From positions 96,001 to 160,000 of the IMG/VR virus record IMGVR_UViG_3300047476_000704: a stretch of 64,000 nucleotides of DNA. One strand, 5' to 3'. Shown here piece by piece: positions 55,086 to 64,000 of the stretch. The notes below the pieces were generated by a model. That model saw only the letters and a program-made list of their open reading frames with translations, was not told the origin of the DNA and made no database searches. A program made the position numbers and the translations under genes. Each line of letters begins with the position of its first letter. Within the stretch, counting starts at the first letter, position 1. Origin of the DNA: a virus.

Positions 55086-58000
55086 TTAATCAACAACCAA
55101 TATCGGTTCATTGTTAGGTCTTCCATTTTCATTAACACGTAGGATAGTAGGATTAGATACGAACTCCTCAACTGCCTCTCTACCATCAATAGTAGTTGCG
55201 GTTGTTTGTTTAGAACCTTTGAAGAATGTGTTTTCCAAACCTATACTTCTATCTTTATTATATATATAGTGAGATTTTAAATATCCACTCGCGGTTGTGA
55301 TAGAAACTATATTTAAATCACTAGCCAATGAGGAAGTTTGTGAACTCTCTTGCAATATTAGTTCTTGCTTATAAACATCGGTTAGTATATCTTCATAGAT
55401 TGAACCCGAAATTCCACTCACATTCATAGGTATTATCAAATCACTTCTGCGAGTAACAATAAATCCTCTGACTTTTTTTGATTTATATGTTCCATCATAA
55501 TCTTCGTAATTCAATCTAGCCCACCCATTATCAAAATAAGTATTGTAGCCAACATCACTATATAATTCACCAACATTTACAACTGTGCTACCGAATAAGT
55601 CAAATTCGGCCGTTAAACTAGCAGAAATTATTCTGGTATCAATTGATGCGGTTTGATTGGTTTCTAAAAAATTATCAGTAGATACTAATTCGTTTACATC
55701 AAAATCTACAATTGTACCTTCATAACTATTATTTTCAACTAACAATTCGTTTGATGTTTCTAAATTAACAGATGCAGTATAGTTGTTAAACTCACCAACC
55801 AATATAGTAGATGATGTCAAGTTTAACTGTGTATCATATATACTAACATCACCCCCTATCAAAGTAGTATCCATTGTATTTACAGATACATCACTTAAAG
55901 TAACATCTTCTGCGATTGGTTTATGTACTTTATGCTTACTTCTTTCTAATAAGTGAGGTGCTATTAATAAACCAGTTGTTGCTTTAACCCTTGCAGGTAA
56001 CATTTCTTTAAGGTTTGCAAATAACGATTTATCGTAAAGACGAATTAAGTTTATAAATTGATAAATATCTCTTTCACCAATTCTTTCAAAATAGTAGTTT
56101 CTTAAATTTGTTAAATCTTTATAAGTATCTTGATACTGGTCATCGTATGCACCAATATACTCATCTATACCAACTCCACCAAACGATTTTGCTATATCTA
56201 AATCTAAATCTTTATTTGGAGAAAAGAATAATCCTAATCTATTACTATCACGTTTTGAGGTTTCGTAAGCCTTTTTAGTTGAACGAGATTTGTAAGATAA
56301 ATCGCTTATTAAAGTTTGGTCTTCAAATCTTACCTTATTAGAACTATAACGAGATGCACCTGAATTTGGAACTTGTAAACTAACTGTCCTATCTATAATT
56401 TCATATTGATACGGATATGATGTTGTATTTATAAATCCGCTTGCACTCACATATGTTTGATATGTATTATTTGGAGCCACATTCTTAACAGACGCAGTTG
56501 TATATAAATTTTTAGGATATTCAAAATCTAAACGAACTTGTAAATCTTTTGTGGATGATGATATGTGATTACCATTTATAGCTTCAGGATGTAAAACATG
56601 CAAATCAAACGCACTTTCACTCAATGCGGTATTCCACATACGGAACTCATCTATTTCACCAACATAAGTTCCACCAATTTGAATGGTTGAACCAGTATTC
56701 CAAATTGCATTATCTACAATATGGTTAAAAGAACCTTGCTTTATAATTCTATCTTTTTCACCATTTTTAAAATAGAATGTAAATGTAGATGATGTACCTT
56801 GTGTTTCATTATTCAATAATATACTATGATAATTTCCATCATAGAATTGATATTGATTGGTTACAATTGTTTCCAATCCACTAGATGATGATACAGCTAA
56901 TTCTAAACTACCAGATGTTTGAGATGCGTGATTACCTGGCACCAATGATAATGTAAATGAATTAGCTTTAAGTAAAGTCATTCCACTACCAGAGTACGCT
57001 GGTTTGATTCTTAACTCGATTGCATTCGAACCACTCCACTTTGAAGTTAAATAAGAACCACTTGTAAAATTTAAATTTGATGTTTGCGTATCATAAATAT
57101 ATTTAGTGGATTCCAACGCATCATCCATATCGGGTCCACCAAATTCTACAACCGATAGATTTGAATTTGGAATACCATAACAATTTAATAATGCCGATAT
57201 ACCACGCCTAGTACCTTTATGTTTTAATAAATAAGGTAAGTTGTTAGCTATTCTTCTCCAAACTGATTTTGTTCTTTGTTGTGGTGTTAATTCCTGTTGC
57301 GAATTACCATCTGCATCTGTACCAAATAAGTAACTCCAAAGTTGCGTATTTGAATTTAGATTTTTAGCATTCCACCCAAATGATTTTAGATAATCATATA
57401 AGAAATCATCGTGAATACCATAATCATTTCTTTCCGTAATGTTTTTTGTATCTACAATTCCTTTAATATACGCCCATATTATGTCAAAATGATGACCAAT
57501 CATATCCAAAAATAAAGGATATTCTGTGGTTGTGCAATTAACATCATCTAAAATGTATAATGGTATATTGTTTTTTAATGCATTACGATTAGATGCGTCA
57601 TATTGTTGAGCAATTACTAGTTCGGAATTAAACCAAGTTGTTGTACTACCAGAACCAGTTGCAGCATATTGAAAATTATAATTACCATTTGAATCAAACG
57701 AACCAGTTGTGAATCTTCGTGCAAATCCATTTACATCTTTTGGAAAAGTAGATTTTGATGATGATACTAAATAATTTTCCCATGCATCAAGTGCATTTAA
57801 TAAATTTACCTTTTTAGTTTCAGTTGAAGTTATTTCATTAATAGCATTAACCGAACCCGTTAGTGGAAGTAATTGTAAAATTTTATCATCATAAAATTCC
57901 AATAATTCTTTTTTATACTTAAAGTTAGCTAATCTTTCAACTGCTGAGCTATATTTTATAAAGTTGGAATAGTTGGAATAATCTATATTTACTTTATCTA

Positions 58001-60287
58001 CTTCTAGGAAATTATCATATAAATATTTATCTACAATTTGCTGCGAAGTAACCGAACCCGTTAGTATTAAGTTATCCAATGATTCAAATGATGTAGATTG
58101 TTCTTTTACAAAATCAACATCAATATCAAAATTAGGCCCACGTAAATAAGTAAGAGGTTGCGAACTTTCGCCTGTTAGGGTTATTGTTCTTACAATAGGT
58201 AAGGACATAATCTCACTAATCCAAAGCGTATCATTTTTATTGATATTTGTTGGTAGTGGTTCATATAGTTTTAAAACTATACTTCTATTTATATTAATTG
58301 GTATTTGATTACCTAATTCATCTATTCTAAAATTTGTGAATGTAGCTTCATCTGTTTCCCAATTTGATATTACAATTTGTTTATCATTTTTATCAAATTC
58401 AGAAATATGATTTAAGTACCTAGGTCTATCTTGTAAATTAAAATCTATATTTTCTGCTATTGCATTAAATAAATCTTCTTTTAATTTATCTGTTGAAATA
58501 TATAAAGCGGGCTCTGTTACTGATATTGTAATTTTAGTTTCATCACCACGAATAGCTTCCATTACGGATTGACCATTCACATTACTTTCATCATACGGAA
58601 CAAATATAAAATCCATCTTTGATGATGAATTTAACGCTCCCTTTCTTTTTAAATCATTAAAGTTAAAGTTTAAAGTATCAGCTTTACTATATTTACCAAT
58701 TATATTTTTATCTTCTTCCGATGTATGATATACAATTACATAATCCGCCGTATCTGAACGATACGATACTCTGAATGGATATTCACCCAAAGTATAGGTT
58801 GGTATCGTTATAGAATCTGGAAAATCTATTTCATTTATTAAAGGTACATCATACCCTTCACTTAAATTTATAGTAGTATAGCCAGGATTTGGTGTATCAC
58901 CGAATGCACCATTAGTTGATACAAATACAACTTTAAACGAACCAATGTTATTTTGGAAATCGGCTTTTAAGTCTAATGTAATTACTTTATTTTCGTATGT
59001 AGTACCAGCGGTAGCACCAACTACCCTTTGCCCAAATGGCGTTTTAACAATAACACCTTCTGCATTTCTTATAGCAATTGGTACTTGTATTTCTTGCGTT
59101 TTATATTTAGAACGCAATGCTGTTCCCGAAATTTTATAATTATGTACACTATCAATTTGAACACCAGCTATTTTATTTTGGCTTGGTTTTAAATCAACAA
59201 ATACATCTATATTACGAATTAGTTTGTTAGTTGGAATAGTCAATTTACCATCACGAAAACCTTCGTTAGTGTAAGTGTTATCACCTGAATAACTCCACCG
59301 TAATTCCACCAAATCATAATTACCTGTATTTGATACGGAAATAATTACATCACGCAACGCTCGGTTATCACTTGTAATAACGGCTGCATCTGTCGGTTTA
59401 ATCATCATTGTAGATGGTAAATCCGGACTTTGAACCATTATATTAAATGGTGATTGCGCATAATTCGTTAAAAATCCAATTTCTTGCCTTACAGTATATG
59501 TAGTACCACCTACGATAGTTCTTTCTAATGTTTTTGTACTTGGTTTGCTATTAGATACATTTAATGCTTCATATCTATAATTTAAAGTAAGAGTCGCTGG
59601 TGTTTTATCAAAAAATATTGGTTCTTTCGGTGTACTACCTTCGATTTCACTTAAAACCAAACCATCACCATTTTTACCAATTATAAATCTATTTAAAACG
59701 GTGTATTTATTTGTATCATAATTTGGATAAATTATTGTAGTATCATTAAATTTATTCAAATCAAATTGAGTGGTACTACCTTCATCTACTTTTTGACCAT
59801 TTATAGTATAATTTGTAGTTCCCTTTGATACTGAATTATTTATTACTTTTACATTGATGGTTTTAACTGGTGCAATGATTGGATTATTTACAGTTTTACC
59901 AGTGTTGTTGTCTAAATATTCTATATTAGTAACATCACGCATTAAATTATCAATAGCTTTTTGCGATGATAAATCTTGCGTAGGATTAGTTGTTGATATA
60001 ACTGTTTGAGAACCATCATCTTTTGTTAGAGTGATACCACCTTGTATTGGTCCTATTGTATCGCTACCTAACATAGTTAGTGGATTTATATTACCAATGT
60101 TTGCAGCTATTCCAGCTTGTAAAGCAGCTTGTCCTTCTGCTGTATTTATACCACCAGGCGCATTGAATGATGTAATTGCCGCATTTAGTGCGTTTATATC
60201 AATTGTAATACCCTGTAATGCCTCAAATGTATCGTAGGGTATTCCTAATCTATCTGCTTCCGCTTTTTGCTCTGGTGTTAAAGGCAT
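55086..60287 (-). CDS. Large baseplate wedge-like protein with a LamG-like domain
   Basis: FLDMIGHHFD..W.YI, LLKHKGTRRGISALL.CYG (gpI/gp7-type KGT motif), GEIDEFRMW..ALS. Confidence 0.6.
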   Translation of the reverse strand: MPLTPEQKAEADRLGIPYDTFEALQGITIDINALNAAITSFNAPGGINTAEGQAALQAGIAANIGNINPLTMLGSDTIGPIQGGITLTKDDGSQTVISTTNPTQDLSSQKAIDNLMRDVTNIEYLDNNTGKTVNNPIIAPVKTINVKVINNSVSKGTTNYTINGQKVDEGSTTQFDLNKFNDTTIIYPNYDTNKYTVLNRFIIGKNGDGLVLSEIEGSTPKEPIFFDKTPATLTLNYRYEALNVSNSKPSTKTLERTIVGGTTYTVRQEIGFLTNYAQSPFNIMVQSPDLPSTMMIKPTDAAVITSDNRALRDVIISVSNTGNYDLVELRWSYSGDNTYTNEGFRDGKLTIPTNKLIRNIDVFVDLKPSQNKIAGVQIDSVHNYKISGTALRSKYKTQEIQVPIAIRNAEGVIVKTPFGQRVVGATAGTTYENKVITLDLKADFQNNIGSFKVVFVSTNGAFGDTPNPGYTTINLSEGYDVPLINEIDFPDSITIPTYTLGEYPFRVSYRSDTADYVIVYHTSEEDKNIIGKYSKADTLNFNFNDLKRKGALNSSSKMDFIFVPYDESNVNGQSVMEAIRGDETKITISVTEPALYISTDKLKEDLFNAIAENIDFNLQDRPRYLNHISEFDKNDKQIVISNWETDEATFTNFRIDELGNQIPININRSIVLKLYEPLPTNINKNDTLWISEIMSLPIVRTITLTGESSQPLTYLRGPNFDIDVDFVKEQSTSFESLDNLILTGSVTSQQIVDKYLYDNFLEVDKVNIDYSNYSNFIKYSSAVERLANFKYKKELLEFYDDKILQLLPLTGSVNAINEITSTETKKVNLLNALDAWENYLVSSSKSTFPKDVNGFARRFTTGSFDSNGNYNFQYAATGSGSTTTWFNSELVIAQQYDASNRNALKNNIPLYILDDVNCTTTEYPLFLDMIGHHFDIIWAYIKGIVDTKNITERNDYGIHDDFLYDYLKSFGWNAKNLNSNTQLWSYLFGTDADGNSQQELTPQQRTKSVWRRIANNLPYLLKHKGTRRGISALLNCYGIPNSNLSVVEFGGPDMDDALESTKYIYDTQTSNLNFTSGSYLTSKWSGSNAIELRIKPAYSGSGMTLLKANSFTLSLVPGNHASQTSGSLELAVSSSSGLETIVTNQYQFYDGNYHSILLNNETQGTSSTFTFYFKNGEKDRIIKQGSFNHIVDNAIWNTGSTIQIGGTYVGEIDEFRMWNTALSESAFDLHVLHPEAINGNHISSSTKDLQVRLDFEYPKNLYTTASVKNVAPNNTYQTYVSASGFINTTSYPYQYEIIDRTVSLQVPNSGASRYSSNKVRFEDQTLISDLSYKSRSTKKAYETSKRDSNRLGLFFSPNKDLDLDIAKSFGGVGIDEYIGAYDDQYQDTYKDLTNLRNYYFERIGERDIYQFINLIRLYDKSLFANLKEMLPARVKATTGLLIAPHLLERSKHKVHKPIAEDVTLSDVSVNTMDTTLIGGDVSIYDTQLNLTSSTILVGEFNNYTASVNLETSNELLVENNSYEGTIVDFDVNELVSTDNFLETNQTASIDTRIISASLTAEFDLFGSTVVNVGELYSDVGYNTYFDNGWARLNYEDYDGTYKSKKVRGFIVTRRSDLIIPMNVSGISGSIYEDILTDVYKQELILQESSQTSSLASDLNIVSITTASGYLKSHYIYNKDRSIGLENTFFKGSKQTTATTIDGREAVEEFVSNPTILRVNENGRPNNEPILVVD

Positions 60288-60341
60288 TTTATATTATTTC
60301 TTTACTATAATTATTACTTTTTAGGATTTTGAGTTTATATC

Positions 60342-61961
60342 CTATACGAAGCTATCTACCGATGTATCGGATAAATTATTTGTTCTACCACCTTCACCGC
60401 CACCACCACCGGCTCCACCACCACCAGTAGTGGTTGTACTATTATTTGGAGCCGCTGCTCTTGTAGGTACGGTTATTACTTCTCCACCACCACATCCGGC
60501 TCTTTTAATCTTTGTAACATTACCAATTGCAGTACCTTCGTTTGCACAAACAATTCTGTTTGCCCTAGCAGGAACTACAATAGTCAATCTTGTTGCATTA
60601 GGACCAACATTATATGATACGGTTTGTTCGGAATCTGTTTCGTTATCCAATGTATAATAGAATTGTAATGGTGATATAGAGGTAGATGTACCCTGTGGTA
60701 TTACAGGTTCTAATGGAATAATTGGAGGACCAATTGGTACACCAGGAGTAAATCCATAGTTGCTTGTTTCAAATCCAGCAGATGGTTTAGCTGCTGCCCC
60801 TGGAATCACATCAGAAACCTTAACAGTACCAGCCGGCTCTTGATATGTGATGGGTGGCGTATATGGTTGCTGTGGCGGCAGTTTAATCTCTTCATAAATA
60901 ACTCTATCTTTCTGCGTTGTTGTAGTTTTATTTGTTTGGTTAGGATTTACGCCAGTTACATCTTGAATAGATTGTAATTTAGTGACCGAATTATATCCAG
61001 TATCTAATAAAGATTTTAAAATAGCAGATGGTTGGTACTGTCCGGCTACTGCTTTAAATGCCAATGAGTATTCTCTTTTTGGTAAATTTTGAATACTAAA
61101 TTCAACACATTCTCTTAATCTATTGATAAGAACAGTTGTAAATTCCGCATTTGATATAAATTCATCAAAATCAAATGGTGCCCTAACTACTTGTCCATAA
61201 TTTGGAGCACCCAATTTAAACTCTCTTCCATTTATTTCGTGCATTACAGATTCTCTAAAATTTCTATATGCCTTATTTTTAAATGCAATGTATCCGTCTT
61301 CGCCACCAAATAAAAAATCTTTATTTATAACTTTAATGTATTCTTCGCCAAATGATTTAACAAAGTAATCATCAATAGTTGTGGATATGGTTAATTCTGC
61401 CTTATCTAAAAATTTTTCTATTTTCTTATATGAATATCTAAATTCGGATACATTATCTATAAATGAATCGTATCTATCTTGTAATTTGGCATTTACTGCT
61501 AAATCAGTACCCAATAATGGTAAAACACGAATTTCAGTACGGGATGGTGATACCTCATGAATCCAAACTCTGTGTTGTTTATTTTCATTTCCTACATAAT
61601 TTTTAAGAAAACTAAAACTTACCCTAAACTCACCATTTGCATAACCAGCTTCAAACACTAATTTTTCAACATCAATTTCAAATATTTTTTCACCAGTTGT
61701 AGTATCTAGTGAATTTTTTAAGTAATTCGATAACTCATCTTTATGTATATATCTAACTTTGATACCATTAGACTGTTCTAATAAATTATTAGATATATCA
61801 TATAAACGAAACTCTATGACATCATTTTTGGATAGTCCAAAATCTTCTACATTTTTAGCAGATGTTTTGAATATATTTAAATCAGTTGGATTAATTAGTT
61901 GTGCAGTTTGCTCTAATTCCTGATTTATTTTTTCAATATTTTTAAAATCGTTTATAGCCAT
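60342..61961 (-). CDS. Hypothetical structural protein
   Basis: Intact 539-aa ORF in the baseplate operon (IHEVSPSRTEIR); Pro/Gly-rich tail. Confidence 0.55.
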   Translation of the reverse strand: MAINDFKNIEKINQELEQTAQLINPTDLNIFKTSAKNVEDFGLSKNDVIEFRLYDISNNLLEQSNGIKVRYIHKDELSNYLKNSLDTTTGEKIFEIDVEKLVFEAGYANGEFRVSFSFLKNYVGNENKQHRVWIHEVSPSRTEIRVLPLLGTDLAVNAKLQDRYDSFIDNVSEFRYSYKKIEKFLDKAELTISTTIDDYFVKSFGEEYIKVINKDFLFGGEDGYIAFKNKAYRNFRESVMHEINGREFKLGAPNYGQVVRAPFDFDEFISNAEFTTVLINRLRECVEFSIQNLPKREYSLAFKAVAGQYQPSAILKSLLDTGYNSVTKLQSIQDVTGVNPNQTNKTTTTQKDRVIYEEIKLPPQQPYTPPITYQEPAGTVKVSDVIPGAAAKPSAGFETSNYGFTPGVPIGPPIIPLEPVIPQGTSTSISPLQFYYTLDNETDSEQTVSYNVGPNATRLTIVVPARANRIVCANEGTAIGNVTKIKRAGCGGGEVITVPTRAAAPNNSTTTTGGGGAGGGGGEGGRTNNLSDTSVDSFV

Positions 61962-62986
61962 TATCTGTTGTTCATTCTACTATCAAATGTTGTTTCTTGT
62001 ACTGTACCATCCGATGCGGTTGCTTTCATTCTTATTTTGAAATCATACTTTGTTGCCGCTGTTTTTGCACCACCTAATCCACCTTCGTATCCACCATTAC
62101 CACTACTTCTTACAGCTGGATTTCTTAAATTTATCGTTTTAACTTGATTTGCTTTTAATACAACGGGATTTTCTGTCCATTGATATAAATTAGGACCTTC
62201 AAAGTTACCATCATCACTAATTTGAATTGTAACATCCTTCGCTCCTGCTGATATTTTTAATTCACCGGTTCCAAACGCTATGTTTGTTGAATAACTATTA
62301 CCACTACCCTTAACTCTATTTATTTCTACCAAACCAAATCCACCTGATTTTGAATTTTGTGGAGCAACTACTGCTAAATTACCTAAAAGTTTAGCACCTG
62401 CCTCCGACTTTATTTGGTTTAAGTTAGAAGTTGCTTCTTGTGTTTTAGCTACTGATTGTTGTGCAGCTGCAACTAAATTATTTAAAGTATCAATTTGCTT
62501 TAATAATGCTGTTTTTTGAGCAATCAAACCAGCATTCTCTGCTTCTAATCCGGTTCTTTCTGCATTTTCAGAAATTGCCTTTTGTAGTGCAGTAGATACA
62601 TTAGTTCTCAATTCACTTACGATTGTATTGTTTGCTTCTAATTTATTTTCTAAATTTGCGTTTTGTAATTTAAGAAAATCATTTGAAATATACAAAGAAC
62701 CACTATCAGCTGTTTTTTGTTGTAATTGGTCTGATAAGTCTGCTATTTGAGTATTTAATTCTAAAATTTGAGCATTTAATTCGGCATTTAAATCTACCTC
62801 CGCTTGATATATTGGACGAGGTACTAAATCTAAATTTGGAGTTGGTAGGGGTTTTATTAACTCCGTAACTCTTGTATCAATAGATTTTTCAACCTGCCCA
62901 GCATTCAATGTATCACTATATAATTTAGTAGATATTGTCTCTGACAGGTTATTCGTATAATTTATATTTTCTCTTTCTATTGCCAT
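61961..62986 (-). CDS. Coiled-coil structural protein
   Basis: Long heptad region followed by a beta-rich C-terminus; stop/start overlaps on both sides. Confidence 0.55.
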   Translation of the reverse strand: MAIERENINYTNNLSETISTKLYSDTLNAGQVEKSIDTRVTELIKPLPTPNLDLVPRPIYQAEVDLNAELNAQILELNTQIADLSDQLQQKTADSGSLYISNDFLKLQNANLENKLEANNTIVSELRTNVSTALQKAISENAERTGLEAENAGLIAQKTALLKQIDTLNNLVAAAQQSVAKTQEATSNLNQIKSEAGAKLLGNLAVVAPQNSKSGGFGLVEINRVKGSGNSYSTNIAFGTGELKISAGAKDVTIQISDDGNFEGPNLYQWTENPVVLKANQVKTINLRNPAVRSSGNGGYEGGLGGAKTAATKYDFKIRMKATASDGTVQETTFDSRMNNR

Positions 62987-64000
62987 TATTTGATTATTTC
63001 AAAATCACCTAATTCAAATTCTTCTTCGTTGTAATCTTCAATTGTTTTTACTACCAATGTATAAACTCTACCATACGCAAAGTTTGTAAAGTTCAATCTA
63101 ATTAAATTACTATCAGTTCCCATAATTACTTTTGAATTTACATCATAAGGAACAATAGTTTCTTTTGTAATTGTATCTTTAATTGTGTAATAGCTTTCCG
63201 TTGGTAATTTATATCCAGTTTGATATTCAAATGTTGGATAAACATTTCCAGATGTTATTGGGTTAAATTGTTTAACTGGATATAATTCTCTTGCTAATAA
63301 CTTAATGGTTACTTTTTGATTTACTTTATATTGGTTCTTCAAATTAGATGAATATACTCTATATTGTCTATTACCAACTGCCGCTAAACTACCAGTAGAT
63401 ATGTTACTTTCTTGCCAACTAATTCTTAACTTTGGTTGGTATATAGTGTTGGTTTCTTTTGAAAAAAACTTAACACTACCATAATCAACTCTATCTTCTT
63501 CTGCTTCTGAATTATATTTAATAATTAACCCATTATTATCATAACTACCACTTAACCAAGTATGTATTTGGTTTGTTAAATCAAAAGTTACATCATCTAA
63601 AACATATGAGTATGTGTTTGAATCAATAGAAGATGTGTACCAAGTACCACCATATCCAGTCCAAGAACCAGTGGTACCTGCGCTGAATGATGCGGTGATA
63701 CCAACAATATCATCGTTCCATATAGAGGTTGTATCATCTCCATTACGATAAATCCAAGTTACACCATTTGTAGATATTTTATCAAAACGAGTACCAGTTC
63801 CATTCTCCCAACTTTGTGATATTGGATATGCTTCTAATGTTATAGTTGCAGGTATCTCATTTGCTTCTGCTAACTTCAATTCTAACGATGCGGTAAAAGA
63901 GCCGGATGGTATCTCACCACTTGCTATACTACGAGATATAGCAGTCAAATCGAATTTGATTAGAGTACGAGCAACATCCTTTGTATCACCATAATATTGT
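62986..64000 (-). CDS. Structural protein with a DNRLRE-like region (5'-truncated at the window edge)
   Basis: Frame open to 63999 (QYYGDTKDVARTLIKFDL...ASLELK...LEAYPISQSWENG...DLTNQIHTWL...NNGLIIK). Confidence 0.55.
   Translation of the reverse strand, partial: QYYGDTKDVARTLIKFDLTAISRSIASGEIPSGSFTASLELKLAEANEIPATITLEAYPISQSWENGTGTRFDKISTNGVTWIYRNGDDTTSIWNDDIVGITASFSAGTTGSWTGYGGTWYTSSIDSNTYSYVLDDVTFDLTNQIHTWLSGSYDNNGLIIKYNSEAEEDRVDYGSVKFFSKETNTIYQPKLRISWQESNISTGSLAAVGNRQYRVYSSNLKNQYKVNQKVTIKLLARELYPVKQFNPITSGNVYPTFEYQTGYKLPTESYYTIKDTITKETIVPYDVNSKVIMGTDSNLIRLNFTNFAYGRVYTLVVKTIEDYNEEEFELGDFEIIK

Noticed and set aside
1-64000. Stop-codon reassignment, as seen in some Bacteroidota phages
   Set aside because: Core genes are full length under code 11 with dense packing; terL ends at TAG and 16671..17000 ends at TGA at sensible positions.
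1-64000. tRNA, rRNA, integrase, transposase or diversity-generating retroelement
   Set aside because: No cloverleaf-sized gap with tRNA motifs and no recombinase or reverse-transcriptase motifs seen by eye; tRNAscan-SE was not run.

Overview
A 64-kb, AT-rich fragment of a large T4-like (myovirus-type) bacteriophage genome. Essentially every real gene is on the minus strand. Right to left in transcription order it carries: baseplate/tail-tip genes; a small replication/recombination module (T7 endonuclease I-like resolvase, primase, fused Mre11-Rad50/SbcDC); an S74-chaperoned tail protein; the head/packaging module (large terminase, portal, GH19 endolysin, prohead protease, ribosomal protein bS21, scaffold, major capsid, GIY-YIG endonuclease); an island of small early genes behind four repeated promoters; neck/tail-completion genes (gp13/14/15-like); a long run of fibre/adhesin genes (collagen, C1q, fibrinogen-like, LamG, Gly-rich, S74); and a modification cluster (APS kinase, sulfotransferase, two 2OG-Fe(II) oxygenases, two glycosyltransferases). 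bS21 among head genes and TTTG-N20-TAnnTTTG promoters point to a Bacteroidota host (inference). The most notable signals are: (i) an array of genes sharing an N-terminal MIKLxxLLxE tag and E-delimited polyproteins that look like capsid-packaged cargo, including a HIGH-nucleotidyltransferase/ligase-fold fusion and five two-Cys basic peptides; (ii) a putative late-promoter motif ATATTTATA, the reverse complement of the T4 late promoter; (iii) bS21 together with SD-like sequences before only a few late genes; (iv) a hydroxylation/glycosylation/sulfation cluster beside collagen fibres. All product calls are from motif recognition by eye; no database search was run.
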